From Octopus vulgaris (Eukaryota), in NCBI GenBank assembly GCA_951406725.2, contig OX597821.1, positions 45,074,001 to 45,138,000 on the forward strand: a DNA stretch of 64,000 nt, written 5' to 3'. How positions within the stretch are numbered: the first letter of the stretch is position 1; each line of letters begins with the position of its first letter. The notes under the pieces were generated by a model, which did not search any database, was not told where the DNA came from, and saw only the letters and a list, made by a program, of their open reading frames with translations. A program made the position numbers and the translations under genes. Positions 27,456-39,849 of this stretch are shown here, piece after piece.

Positions 27456-28464
27456 AACAAACAAACAAACAAACAGAAGCTTCAACATAAGCTCACAACT
27501 AGTAACAGTTGTGCAACCCTCACCTTCACCCCCACCCCACCCCACTACCACAATCATCACCCTATCACCACCACGTTCACCACTATGACGACAACGACGA
27601 CGACGACCACCACCACCACCAACAACAACAGCCGTTCAAGAATTTGGATCTGGAGATCTCCATTTCCAGCGACTTCGAGGGCCACCTCGCAGGGGTGTCG
27701 GGTGTCAACGAAGAGTCCTCGACTACAACAAGACGACCAAAGTTTTTTTTATTTTTTTCCCAAGGTCTGGAGTCTCCCGCTCCTAAGCCCTAGACCATCA
27801 CCTAATCACCCTTACCCGTCTTGTTGCTTAACAACAACAACAACAACAACAACAACAATAACAACAACAACAACAACCACCACCACCAACAACAACACAG
27901 CAACAGCAGCAACATCTACGACAGTAACAACAAAAACAATAGCAGAAACAGCGTCATCAACAGCGACGAGAACAACAACAACAACAGCAGCAACAACGTC
28001 TTGCACAAATATCATCATTAAAAATGTCTTTCCCTACACTGAAACCGCGTCAACAATTGGAAGGTCTAAATACCTAGGAAAGGCATACATCAAACAGATT
28101 TTTATAAGGAACCGTAAAACTCCAGTTTCTGAGTCGACCAGACGACAATGGTCAACATTGACAATGGCAACGTTAATTTCTAGAACTGTAAATTTGACCA
28201 AAATAAATTGTGTGATGGCAAACAGAATGGCTTTATTTACATTCCTTACTGATTGATAAACCAGGGTAGCTTTGGCAAGCTATATCTAAAACAATATAAA
28301 CTGCACGTATGATATCAGGCTTCACTGGCGACATCAAAACGTAGCCTGCTTACGCACACACACGTGCATATACATATACATGAAATGAATAAGCATGTAT
28401 GTATGTATGTATGTATGTATGTATGTATGTATGTATGTATGTGCGTATATATATATATATATAT

Positions 28465-28747
28465 CGAACACACATACACAAGGTGTGTGTTGATAGTTCG
28501 TGGATCGGCTGCGTTTTTAGGCGTAAGAGAATATACAAACACCTGAAAGTATCTCATAGGCAAGCGAGACAACTCACATCAGGTCATATAGTTATAGTTG
28601 GCGATATAGCTTGCAGCAGGCGTTTTTTGCTACGTGGCATTGATAAGTTACAACAACGACGAAACATCGATGTCTGTCGCTCCGAAAGGACTTGGTATGA
28701 ATTGTATCGCTTACCTATGAATTATTTTCAGGTGTTTTTAACACCAG

Positions 28748-28750
<3 letters not shown>
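28465..28750. mobile_element. Small fold-back hammerhead element between (TA)n tracts (arms ~28537-28585 / 28689-28737)
   Basis: AAACACCTGAAAGTATCTCATAGGCAAGCGAGACAACTCACATCAGGTC is an imperfect inverted copy of 28689-28737. Hammerhead lies between the arms. Confidence 0.7.
28634..28680 (+). ncRNA. Type I hammerhead ribozyme, U3-A8 core variant
   Basis: Stem I GUGGCA/UGUCGC (2 G.U pairs). UUGAUAA 28640-28646. Stem II GUU/GAC. GAAA 28661-28664, palindromic CAUCGAUG, GUC triplet (cut after 28674). Confidence 0.7.
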
Positions 28751-28803
<53 letters not shown>

Positions 28804-29209
28804 GTTTGACAACTCAGCACTGTCCATTTCTCAAAACAACTTGTCCGACCGTCCCATAGGCCTCCCCTTTGAGAAACACTGGTTTAACCTAAATTTGAGA
28901 CACCAGCAAAAGAAGAAATAACGATAGACTTTTTTCTATTCCAAAGAAAAACGATTTTATTCACACAAATATGCAACCGAAGAGTTTAAAGTACCAGAAA
29001 TTGATCGCATTCTCACCTGGAATCGATTTTTGTAATTTTTTCAAGACTTATACACGTCGTGATACCTTCGGTATCCGCATATCAAATTTGAGCGCAATTG
29101 GATGGAGGATGCCCGAGATCCTCGAAGACACACAGACAGATTTTATAATATATATTATATAATATATTTTATATAACGGTTTTATATATATTATATATAT
29201 ATATACATA

Positions 29210-30234
29210 TCAAAATAAGCAACAATAATATCTTCGGTAATTTGGTGCGATCGTTTCAGGCTACATCATTTTATTAAACATTGTAATATTACAACAGTTT
29301 TAAAATGTTGAGCAATCATCAGCCATTTATAGAGGTTTTCCATTAATACATATTTTCATATTAATTGATAACATTATAAAGAAGGTAGATATATAGACAG
29401 AGATGTCGATTTGAATTTTAAGAACATCAAGGTAATAGAATTTATCTTCTGACTGAAGAATATTCTTTTAGTTATTTTGAACTGCTAGAAGGTGGGGAAG
29501 TATATTCAGTTGAATGGAGACAAAAGAGGTTTTCTATTTATAGAAGTAAGGGTGAAATAAATGTCAGAAGTTATTTCTAAAGAAATTAAAGTAGAAATGG
29601 GAATATTATGCATTAGATGTTGTTTATTGCTATTTGGCAAACAGATTTTGTATCAAGAAAACTAGGTCAATGCTAGATGGTCACAATGACCATCTATATA
29701 CCAAAAAGTTATAGAGAATACAGAGATTCCTTTACACTTATATACATCAGCTTTATACTTAGCTAGTAGGTGTTGATTATTCTGATACGTTGGATTAAAG
29801 GAGAAATTATAAATCTAATATTTAATTTTGGAGAAAAATCTATCATTTATTATGAGTAGGCATAATACTCAATAACTGTGGACAAAAGTCTTATTAATAA
29901 AATGATTATATATATTAGAAAAATGGAAGAGGAGTAATCAAGATGAGTAATTTTCTTAGGTTTAGTAGAAGGTGATTCATTTTTAGGAAGAGAAGTAATA
30001 AAGAAGAGTAAATGGCTGATGATTGCTCAACATTTTAAAACTGTTGTAATACTTACAATGTTTAATAAAATGATGTAGCGTGAAACGATCGTACCAAATT
30101 ACCGAAGATATTCTTGTTGCTTATTTTAATTATAATCACCCCCATGGATTTATAAGGATAACACCATACAAAATTCTGGTGCATCTAACTTAAGTACCAT
30201 ATTCATTTGAATCTAAATTTTGCTGAACTTATAA

Positions 30235-30238
<4 letters not shown>
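29210..30238. mobile_element. Fold-back Penelope-like element, family 1 (arms 29210-29329 / 30009-30128)
   Basis: Homologous to 15921-16615 including the tail. (TA)n on both sides. The ~680-bp spacer has weak, decayed GIY-YIG-like words on the minus strand. Confidence 0.8.
30009..30101 (+). ncRNA. Type I hammerhead ribozyme (U.U at 10.1/11.1)
   Basis: CUGAUGA 30016-30022, UUGCU...AGCGU, GAAA 30082-30085, CGAUCG, GUA. The mirror copy at ~29238-29329 has GCA at the triplet. Confidence 0.7.
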
Positions 30239-30282
<44 letters not shown>

Positions 30283-30287
<5 letters not shown>

Positions 30288-30880
30288 GGGGCGTCAATTC
30301 TGGAGGTCATTTGTATAAATTTTGAAAAAGGCACATAGCTCGTCAAAGAAAAGCTATATTTGAAAACAAATGGCTGCAAATAATCTTGAGAATCCTTTAA
30401 CGTATCTATTCAATGAATTCCTAGTTAGTATTAATGACTGCTTCAAAATGGGCCGGAAGCGTTGACAAGCCCAAATCAGACGATGTTTAGCAACTTGGGA
30501 CATAATGCTGATTATGAGGGGTCTGAGAAATTGTATGTTGTTATGGTTGTGTTGATTGACCTCTGTCTTGGCTATACCCCATATATAATAGACCAGTGGA
30601 TTGGGGTCTGGTGAGTTAGGAGGCCATGTGTCTGGGAGAACATGATCAGGGAGACTAGCATACATCCACGCTTGGGTTGTCCTAGCGTTATGAGATGACG
30701 CAGAGTCATGTTGGAACATGTACGATTTTACGTCGCAAATTCTGTTTATTCAGGCTTTCACAACTTACCCCCATACTCAACAACGCTTGCTGCAAGCTAT
30801 CTCGCCGACTATGACTATATGCTAAATGGTTTGAAAACTATCTGCTGGCATGTCCCAATGTCTCATGCGTCGGAAAAACT
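30283..30880 (-). mobile_element. Tc1/mariner transposase 3' remnant with terminal TIR
   Basis: FQHDSASSHNARTTQAW...WPPNSPDPNPLVYYIWG...ACQRFRP. TA|CAGGGGGCGTCAATT terminus. Confidence 0.85.
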
Positions 30881-31025
30881 TCAAATATGAATTAGAAGAA
30901 GCTCGAAGTATATAAACAAAATTGAACACACGTACACAAACACGACTCTCTTGTCACATTCGACATTAACTGATCCATTAACTGTGTGTGTGTGTGTGTG
31001 TAGTTTTGAAACAGTCGCATAAACA

Positions 31026-31117
<92 letters not shown>

Positions 31118-31156
31118 GAAAGAAGGTTTGAAAATGCAATTGTAAAAGATGTTTAT

Positions 31157-31202
31157 TTACTTTACCGGTTTCACATGTTTAGAAAAAGATTGTCAAAAGT
31201 AA
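31157..31202 (-). ncRNA. Hammerhead ribozyme, U3-A8 core variant (left arm)
   Basis: Minus strand UUACUU-UUGACAA-...-GAAA-CCGG-UA-AAGUAA. Perfect stem I, weak stem II. Confidence 0.55.
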
Positions 31203-32072
31203 CATGTAGAAGTTTGGTTGTGTTAGGTACTGGTTGTCACAAAATATTACAATATATATATACATTCTTTGATACACCTACACACACATAATATCCCCAC
31301 CAACACAAAATACACAAGAATACACACGCACCCATAGATGCCCACATACACACATACAGACACTAGCGCACACACAACACACTAACAAACATTAACCACA
31401 CACATACACACACACAAACGGGCACACATATACACACACCATCCTACCAAATTTTAAAAACACACACAGACACATCTATTTACACCACAATAAACTCTGG
31501 GACCAATCAAAAACGACCCACACACACAAACACAAACACATGTATATATATATACACACATACAAAGACATACCCACTCACACCATTCTGACCTCTAAAA
31601 CCAATCCCCCAAATCATCGATACTTGAAAGAGAAACAAAAAACTTCTTTTCAATTCCACATTACTCTTCCTTCCCCCCACCCAAACACACCTACACTGTC
31701 CCTTGAAATAAAAAAATAGTCTTTTACGATAACATGGTGAATCAGGTCAGTTAAAACTACCCTACTACTAAAATGTAAACTTTTTTGAACTTATAATATT
31801 CTGTGTATATATATATACAGATACAATGCCAATATTCCACTGAACTTTTTGATTATTCTTTCTGGAAATGTCTTTAACATTTTCTTAAAAATGTATATAT
31901 ATATTGTAATCTTTTGTGCCCAATATTTTAATGAACTTGTTAAACTTTTTTATATTTTCCCAAGATTTTCCCTTGTAAACTGTTCTTAACATGTTCTTAT
32001 TATCAAATAATATATATATATTTTATAATATTTTGTGACAACCAGTAACTAACACAACCAAGCTTTTACATG

Positions 32073-32118
32073 TTACCTTTGACAATCTTTTTCTAAAAAA
32101 GGGAAACCGGTAAAGTAA
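32073..32118 (+). ncRNA. Hammerhead ribozyme, U3-A8 core variant (right arm)
   Basis: UUACCU, UUGACAA (32079-32085), stem II UCUUUUU/AAAAAGG, GAAA (32103-32106), CCGG, UA, AAGUAA. Confidence 0.6.
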
Positions 32119-32199
32119 ATAAACATCTTTTAAAATTGCATTTTCAAACCTTCTTTCATATATAATTCCACTCGTGCGGTACCTTACAACTCCACTTTG

Positions 32200-32249
<50 letters not shown>

Positions 32250-32405
32250 ACGACGAGCTTCTTTCAGCTTCTGTCTACCAAATCCACTCACAAGGCTTTG
32301 GTCGGCCCGTGACTATAGCAGAAGACACTTGCCTAAGGTGTCATGCAGTAAGACTGAATCCGGAACCATGTGGTTGGGAAGCAACCTTCTTACTACACAC
32401 CTACG

Positions 32406-32408
<3 letters not shown>
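32250..32408 (-). mobile_element. tRNA-derived SINE (family B)
   Basis: Minus-strand GGCGTAGGTGTGTAGTAAGAAGGTTGCTTCCCAACCACATGGTTCCGGATTCAGTC. Confidence 0.8.
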
Positions 32409-32449
<41 letters not shown>

Positions 32450-32455
<6 letters not shown>

Positions 32456-32745
32456 CGTGATCACCGTGACCGATCAGGCTATCAGATGTTGCTACACATC
32501 GCTGGTCACAATGCACTTCACATTGTTTTAGCCTTCAAATGACGCCACCCCGCTGGCTAAGCGAGCAGGCCAACAGAAGAAAGAGTGGGAGAAAGTTGCG
32601 GCGAAAGAATACAGCAGGGATCGCCCCCCCCCCTGCCGGAGCATCGTGGAGCTTTAGGTGTTTTCGCTCAATAAACACTCACAACGCCCGGTCTGGAAAT
32701 CGAAACCGCGATCCTACAACCACGAGTCCGCTGCCCTAACCACTG
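32450..32745 (-). mobile_element. tRNA-derived SINE (family C)
   Basis: Reverse complement homologous to 27120-27300. Confidence 0.75.
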
Positions 32746-33537
32746 GTTAATAAATTACAGCAGTCAATTTACCGGTTAGAGAACATTTTTTTATTATAAT
32801 ATTATTTAAAATTGAATAAGGGTAGAAATTGATATTAATCAATTAAAACCAGTGGCCTAGCATATTAGAAAAATCCGAAGATTAAAATATTTTTTACATA
32901 CAAAATTTAAAGGACTGACCACTAAAAGTGGACAGTCAATATGTTAGATATAGACGTCAAAATCGCTATTAGCATAGTGATCAGTCCTTTAAATTTTGTA
33001 TGTAGAAAATATTTTAATCTTCGGATTTTTTTAATATGCTAGGCCACTGGTTTTAATTGATTAATATCAATTTCTACCCTTATTTAATTTTAAATAATAA
33101 TAAAAAAATGTTCTCTAACCGGTAAATTGACTGCTGTAATTTATTAACTGCAGAGTAGATTTCCGATCTCAGCGCGCCAAAGTGAAGGCATTTGAATGAT
33201 ACACATAAATATAATTTGTTGAACTATATGCGTGCGGGATTTCGGTCAAGCATTCTATATCTAGTTCTGGAAATTGTATTTGTAAACGACAGACTATGCT
33301 GATGATCTTGCAGATGCTCGCGTATACATATACGTGAATATTAACAAGTGAAACTAATTAGTACATAGGTAATCGTTTTTTGTTTCGTATATTTTCATTT
33401 GTCTTGCTTATTTTTTACACTTTGGTTTTTTGCTGAGTTTTTTCTTGAGAACACATTCTTCGTGGAAAATAACGATTTTGACGTCTATATCTAGCATATT
33501 GACTGTTCACTTTTAGTGGTCAGTCCTTTAAATTTTG

Positions 33538-33540
<3 letters not shown>
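32746..33540. mobile_element. Retrozyme-like element, family 3: inverted arm 32746-32965 plus a slightly over-unit-length ~539-nt monomer 32975-33540
   Basis: TAGTG(A/G)TCAGTCCTTTAAATTTTGTAT at 32975 and 33514. The inverted arm reads across that junction. One hammerhead, no ORF, ends in (TA)n. Confidence 0.8.
33294..33368 (+). ncRNA. Type I hammerhead ribozyme, canonical core
   Basis: Stem I CUAUG/CAUAG. CUGAUGA 33299-33305. Stem II (U)CUUG/CAAG(U). GAAA 33350-33353, palindromic CUAAUUAG, GUA (cut after 33363). Confidence 0.85.
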
Positions 33541-33610
<70 letters not shown>

Positions 33611-33616
33611 GCGCGT

Positions 33617-33900
33617 GTGTACTGTCACACCATCTGGTGGCATTACAAGACACTAAACGGGCATGACTTCAAAGAAACCTACACACAACGTTTGCACTCC
33701 TTCAGGTGCAGGAAAAGGGAAAACTTCACATCTCTGTTCCGTTTTCTCGAAAGGCTTCGTGACCATCGGAACGATTTCCCTAGCATCGAATGGAGTATCA
33801 TTGACAGGGCTACTCCTTATTCGCTTGGAATCGCAATTGTCAACTCTACCTCCTCGAATAACTACACATACTCTACCAACCTTACTATTTCCACTTGAGG
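33617..33900 (+). pseudogene. Penelope-like GIY-YIG endonuclease C-terminal remnant
   Basis: FKETYTQRLHSFR...TSLFRFLERLRD...SIEWSIIDRATPYS resembles the PLE pattern FK.RY..H..SFR...T.LS...LK....I.WSI...A.PY. Confidence 0.7.
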
Positions 33901-34079
33901 TACACCCTGTTAATGAACTTCAAGCCACAGGCAGCCGACAGTCCAGATATACCACCATAGGCCTGGTTTCTCCATACACAAGGGGATGGTACTTAACACC
34001 TGCCTATTTTATAGACTATGTCTACATCCATGCTGACCCATCAGCCTTATTTTTTAACTTAGTAGGTGAAATCTGAACC

Positions 34080-34320
34080 ATAGATTTAAATGTTGCCACC
34101 ACCTATTAAATATACTTAAATATGACTACCACCTGTTAGATTTAAATGCAGCTACTACCAATTAAGTCTGCCTTCTGTTAGAATTCTATGGCTGCCTTCT
34201 ATTAGAATTAAATGTGGATACACATTATTAAATGAATTTAAATGTGGCTACCACCTATTAAAGATATCTGACTGTGACCACCACCGGTTAGACTGATTTA
34301 AATGCGGCAACCACTAATTA
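34080..34320 (+). repeat. Degenerate minisatellite (ATTTAAATGTGGCTACCACCTATTA-like units)
   Basis: About 7-8 diverged copies, by eye. Confidence 0.75.
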
Positions 34321-35785
34321 CGACTTTAACAATTATTTGGATTGTCTGCATTTGCCTATGTTCCCGCCCATCTCACATTCGACGGTGGCAAATCTAACCC
34401 TCTCTAATGTTTAGATAAAAGAGCCATTCTAGGAATATCTCCGAAAGTATTTCCCGATGTGTAGAAGTGTTCCGTCCTATCGAGATATCGACATAAAAAA
34501 AAAGAAAAAAATGTCTGTCACAGATGAAAGAAGCAAGAGGAAAATAAAAGAAAGATTAAATGGGAGGGAGGAGGTAGTGTGAGGAATAGGGGGAAGAATT
34601 AAAAAAATGAAAAAAAGTTTATTGATGCTAGAGGGTGAGGAAATTCCAAGAATAATGATGAATCGTCCTAATATCTGCGGCTGTGATCTGTTTGTGTAAA
34701 ATGTGACGTACGACATACAGGGATGTGGTGTGTGGAGTGGTGTAGTGAAGTGTCATGTCACCGATGGGGAGGGTGCTAACAGAAATATTAGGGTAGGGAC
34801 AACATGAAAGGATGGTATGGAGATATATTGAAAGATGAAAGATGACGGAGAGACACAGACCTCACTACGTTGCCCATAAAACTATTTAAATCAGCATCAT
34901 CGTCGTCGTCGTCGTCAGCAGCAGCAGCAACAGCAGCAGCAGTAGCAGCAGCAGCAGCATTATCGGTAACAAGAGCGATAGCAGTTTTGCTGTATTTCTA
35001 TCCATAAATAGTAAATATTTAGTTGGAAAGAAAGCTCAGTCGCATTTCAAGAGGGGAAGGAAACAAATCGCTACAGACATGTGTTCTCTTATCTTAATTC
35101 TCAGACTGAATCAGCGTGAAGCAATGTGTGATAAAGACCGTGCTTTTCAATTACGGGTACAATCCATTCGACGAGCAACCCTAGTTTCCGTCTACTCGAC
35201 GTCACCCACAAGATACAAATCGATCCGAAGAATTGGTTAAAGACATTTGCCCAAGATGCCACGCAGTGGAATCAAACTGAGGATCTTGAGCTACTTATCA
35301 ACTAAATTTACTGGAGAGAAAGACAGTTATCAGACAATTATCAACACTGTCATTAGTTATGTTGCCTTAGTATATGGTGTGAATAACCGTCTTATTAGCA
35401 TATGTCAATAAGTACCGTATTAACATATATCAATAAGTACATTATTAACAGATTCCGTTCTTTTTATTAGCAACAGTCTAATTTATATCTTTAGCAGTAA
35501 TTGAAACCTGTCCCTTGACACGTCAAAATTTTAGGGAGCCTCAATGCTCCCCATATGGCAATGTGAGCAGGGGGTTGAATTACCTCACACTAAGGTACTT
35601 GAAGGTGAAAGAATCACAGCATTAGAGGGAGAACTGAAGACAAATTATCCAGAAATCCACGTTAGGTGCCACAAAAGACGTGAAGTTGTATAGAAGCAAT
35701 TTAATTCCATCAGATGAAAACAGTTCCTCGTCTATTCTGTTGATGAGGCATCTGGGTTGAAAATAACTTCATCTTTTCCTCTCGC

Positions 35786-36253
35786 GAGTGACGGTAGCGC
35801 TGAAAAGTTGTTACGAGTGCTGCCTTTTCTCCTCTTACTAAATGATAAAACAGACACACACACACACATCAAAAAAATCTAAAATTAGCAGTATATAATT
35901 TGGGGGAGGGGGATAGTCGATTACATCGACCCTAGTGTTTCACTGGTATATAATTTATCGATCCTGAAAGACAAAGTCGACATCGGCGGAATTTGAACTC
36001 AGACGAAATACTGTTAGCATTTCGCCCGGCGTGCTAACGATTCTGCCGGCTCGCCGCCTTAATTAGGCTATATATAATGCCTAGATAAAATACATATTGC
36101 GTATATAAGTGTTTAGATGAAAAAATTTATACATCGATTTATGACGTGGACCATACAAACTATTTCATATACAAACTACAGAATTTTGGTGAGGAGTGAC
36201 GGTAGCGCTGAAAAGTTGTTACGAGTGCTGCCTTTTCTCCTCTTACTAAATGA
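35786..36253 (+). repeat. Perfect 60-bp direct repeat (35786-35845 and 36194-36253) bracketing a SINE-containing segment
   Basis: GAGTGACGGTAGCGCTGAAAAGTTGTTACGAGTGCTGCCTTTTCTCCTCTTACTAAATGA occurs twice. Confidence 0.9.
35900..36061 (-). mobile_element. tRNA-derived SINE (family A)
   Basis: Reverse complement of AAGGCGGCGAGCCGGCAGAATCGTTAGCACGCCGGGCGAAATGC. Confidence 0.85.
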
Positions 36254-36309
36254 CTTGTAGGCATAAATATATACACCAACAAAACTGAGAAAATTGAAAC
36301 ACACACACA

Positions 36310-36650
<341 letters not shown>

Positions 36651-37299
36651 CCTGTCTATCTCTCTGCATTAGACTATCATATCTAAGAAAGACTAGTAAT
36701 AAAACACCATCGCTTTGTCTTCTGCTTAGATTTCTAAGAATGTTATATGATTCTATTTTGTACGTTTGAAAGGACTGATCCATTATGCATCAACTTTTGT
36801 GAAGACATTTCATGAATTTTTTTCGCTTTTCAAATTTATCGTCAATGGACTATTTTTATAATAGCATCTTTTTGATATTCTGAATAGAAAAATATAGAAT
36901 TATCAGATAGAATATCGAACAGTACCCCCCCGCCCCAACTCAACTACACACATACATACATGTAACTAAGCAACACACATACGCAGATTATGGTAGAGCA
37001 TAAACAGTAAATAAGTAATAAAACTAATTGGAGTGTGCAGACAGATAATAGTTGCTCTAGTTATAATAAACGATTGTGATGTTAATGTATAGAGATAAAC
37101 ATTCACTGGTTTATAGATGTGATGCTGTCGCAGGACAGTTACAGCCAACAATGGACTGTATTAAACGTTATCAACTCTTCAACTGGTTATAAATACAACA
37201 CTGCTTTTGGAAGAATGACAGAGAACAATGCACTGTTAAACATAACAATACCATCAGCACTTTGTAATCACTAATGGATCTTTGACTTTGGTGAAACAG

Positions 37300-37495
37300 C
37301 GTTATTGTTGTTGTTGTTGTTGTTATCTGCTGCCAAACTTGATCTATGGCGTACAGTGAGTCATCTGACCGATGAGGGGCAGCCCACAGATACATCTTTC
37401 CAGTTGAACAGTGTCTAATTTTATTGAAGACCCTACTGCACATTCCGACATGTGGTGATGAAATCGTATGATGTGGCAGTGTGGACATATTGCTC
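37300..37495 (-). mobile_element. LINE 3' end (Cys/His knuckle and (AAC)n tail)
   Basis: Minus-strand AICPHCH...HH.SEC, then (AAC)n. Similar ends at ~46520-46720 and ~58555-58760. Confidence 0.5.
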
Positions 37496-37672
37496 TCCCT
37501 CTCCCTTTCTCTCTGTCTTCCTCTCTCTCTCTGTCTCCCCTCTTTATCTGTCTCCCCCTTTCTCTTTCTCTACCCTTGTAGATTCTGGTGGCGGTTTCAA
37601 TAAAAGCGGGTAGGACGGAGCGCGACTGTTGCAATTCCTTAGTGCCTATTATTCGTGGATAGTGAGGATGCA

Positions 37673-38110
37673 TAAGGCGGCGAGCTGGTAGAAACGTTAG
37701 CACGCCGGGCGAAATGCTTAGCGATATTTCGTCTGATTTTATGTTCTGAGTTCAAATTCCGCCGAGGTCGACTTTGTCTTTCATCCTTTCGGGGTCGATT
37801 GGCCCCCTACCCCAAAATTTCGGGCCTTCTGCTTAGAGTAGAAAAGAATAGTGAGGGCACATGGCCTAGTGGTTAGGGTGTTGCACACATGATTGTGAGA
37901 TCGTGGTTTCAATTCCGGGACCGGGTGATGCGTTGTGTTCTTGAGCAAAACACTTCATCTCACGTTGCTCTACGATCACTTCAACACCTGAAGTGTGGTA
38001 CACCGTGTACCTGTTTAGGCGACGTGGGTTTGATAGAGAGAGAGAGAGAGAGAGTGAGCTATGTACTGTAAACAAATCATTTGTGTGGGTTGTTCAGCAA
38101 GAAATTGCAG
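37673..38110 (+). mobile_element. Two adjacent SINEs (family A 37673-37850; family C-like head 37852-38110)
   Basis: AAGGCGGCGAGCTGGTAGAAACG..., then ATGGCCTAGTGGTTAGGGTGTTGCAC...GTTTCAATTCC. Confidence 0.8.
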
Positions 38111-38252
38111 AAACGCCTTTCTCGGACTGCGAGAGACTACCATTATTATTCGTGGAGTGAATGCTAGGACAGTGTTTTGGGTTGCTGAAGCTCTTGATGT
38201 TACAACTATTTCTGCGAGGATAGGTTGTTTTTATACTTATGTGAGTTGAAAG

Positions 38253-38291
<39 letters not shown>

Positions 38292-38299
38292 ACAGAGAG

Positions 38300-39818
38300 T
38301 CTTGTGGTTTTTAGACGTTGTTATTGAAGTCTTTTGGTGTGTTTTATGCATGTATTCTGAAGGTAGCTTTTCACGCAGTAAGCATCAGGCCCCAGGCACT
38401 GGGACTTGATGTTTACTGCGGCTGCTAAATGTGATCTTCGCTTTTCCAAGTTTTTTTTCATTTTATCGAACAATTGCTTTTGTTGTGTAGATTGTCTGCA
38501 CATGAAGTCTACGTACAAATTGTTATGATGTATATTGTTTTGTATGCAAATTATGATATATAGTGGTGTGTGCACAAGTTGTTATGATATATAGTGCGTT
38601 ATTTTGTCTTCTTAGTAATTTATTATAGTTTGTTGTGAAGAGGTTAAAGACCAAGACAAAACTGGTTTTTTTTTGTTATTGAAGCCACCATGTATTTTCT
38701 GTTAGGTCCGTGAGTAGTGTAGTCGTTGAGTGTAATTGTTTAAATCTTGTGATTTAAACAGAAGAATGTGTAACGATTGAATATAATTGGTAAGAAGTTT
38801 GATGAAGGGAAATAAATTAACGCAAGATTTTATCCAACCGTTACGAAATCTTTAACAACTTCGATTAGTTGGGAGTAAATACAAATGTAAATCAGTTTTG
38901 ACAGAGTATCTCTAATCATGGAGTTTGTAGTAGTCAGTTATTTTCTACTGTGAGGCAAGGAAGGTACTGATGCAAAGAAAACTGTCAGTGTGTGTGTGAA
39001 AAATCTCGGCGAAGGTGCTGAAAAGTGACGGGAGTAGACTGTCTAAAACTAAAGAAGGGAATGGCGTTTTTTAACAAGCAGCTCAAATTTAGAGCTGTTC
39101 TAGACTTGGACTATGTAACGTACAATGAAATTGGATGAACCATCTAAAATGACCACTGTCTCACGCAGGATATGAACGGAATTGACAGGTGATACAAATA
39201 AATTCTGAGACTAGATTACGAGAACAGTGGACAGAAGTATGCTTAAGAAGTCAGTGCTTACTTGCTACAAATGTGTGTGGATTAGTGATGTAAAGGACGA
39301 ACCTTCCTAGAATTTCTGAGAGTGTATATAGGGAAGATAATGGTCTGTACGATATAACTTCATTAGGGGTTTGTTGAATTTCAAATTTGTTATAATAGTG
39401 ACCTTTCTGGAAATTTTGCAATATTGGTCGGAAAAGTGGTAAATGCTTGTGAGTGCAGTAATTCCTTCTGGCCCTTAACTATTTTAGGTGTATGTTTAGG
39501 ATTTTGTCTGGACCTAAGGATTTTGAGTTTTTACGTTTCCTATTGTCTTTTAGGTTTGCAGACAGAATTAAAATCATAATCTTGAGAAAAGATGCCCAGT
39601 TTTAGTTTTACGTTCCTGACTTCTGTTTTTGAAATTTGGCGGTTGATTTTCGAGAAACCTGTTCTATTGTGCTTTGCGTAAGTTTGGGACTGCTTTTGCC
39701 TTCTTCGTGAATGCGAGGAAAGTTCAAGGATTATCATGTCAGCTAGGTGTAGAAGATAATGCTTTGGGAATGTTGTTCTAGTTGGCTTGGTGGGCTTTGT
39801 GTGTGTGTGTATGTAATT

Positions 39819-39849
<31 letters not shown>

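Larger units (their letters stand above)
31115..32200. mobile_element. Fold-back hammerhead element, family 2 (arms ~31115-31248 / 32026-32160)
   Basis: ~135-bp inverted arms, ~780-bp spacer, short tail, (TA)n at both ends. Confidence 0.8.

Noticed and set aside
27585-28256. 223-aa poly-Thr mucin-like ORF
   Set aside because: Product of (ACA)/(ACC) microsatellites. No convincing splice or domain evidence.
34080-34320. Repeat array as a CRISPR
   Set aside because: Degenerate minisatellite with no unique spacers and no cas genes, in a eukaryotic context.
35735-35775. TTGATGA-GGC...GTT-GAAA
   Set aside because: U3-G8 is not a Watson-Crick pair, stem II is weak and there is no stem I.
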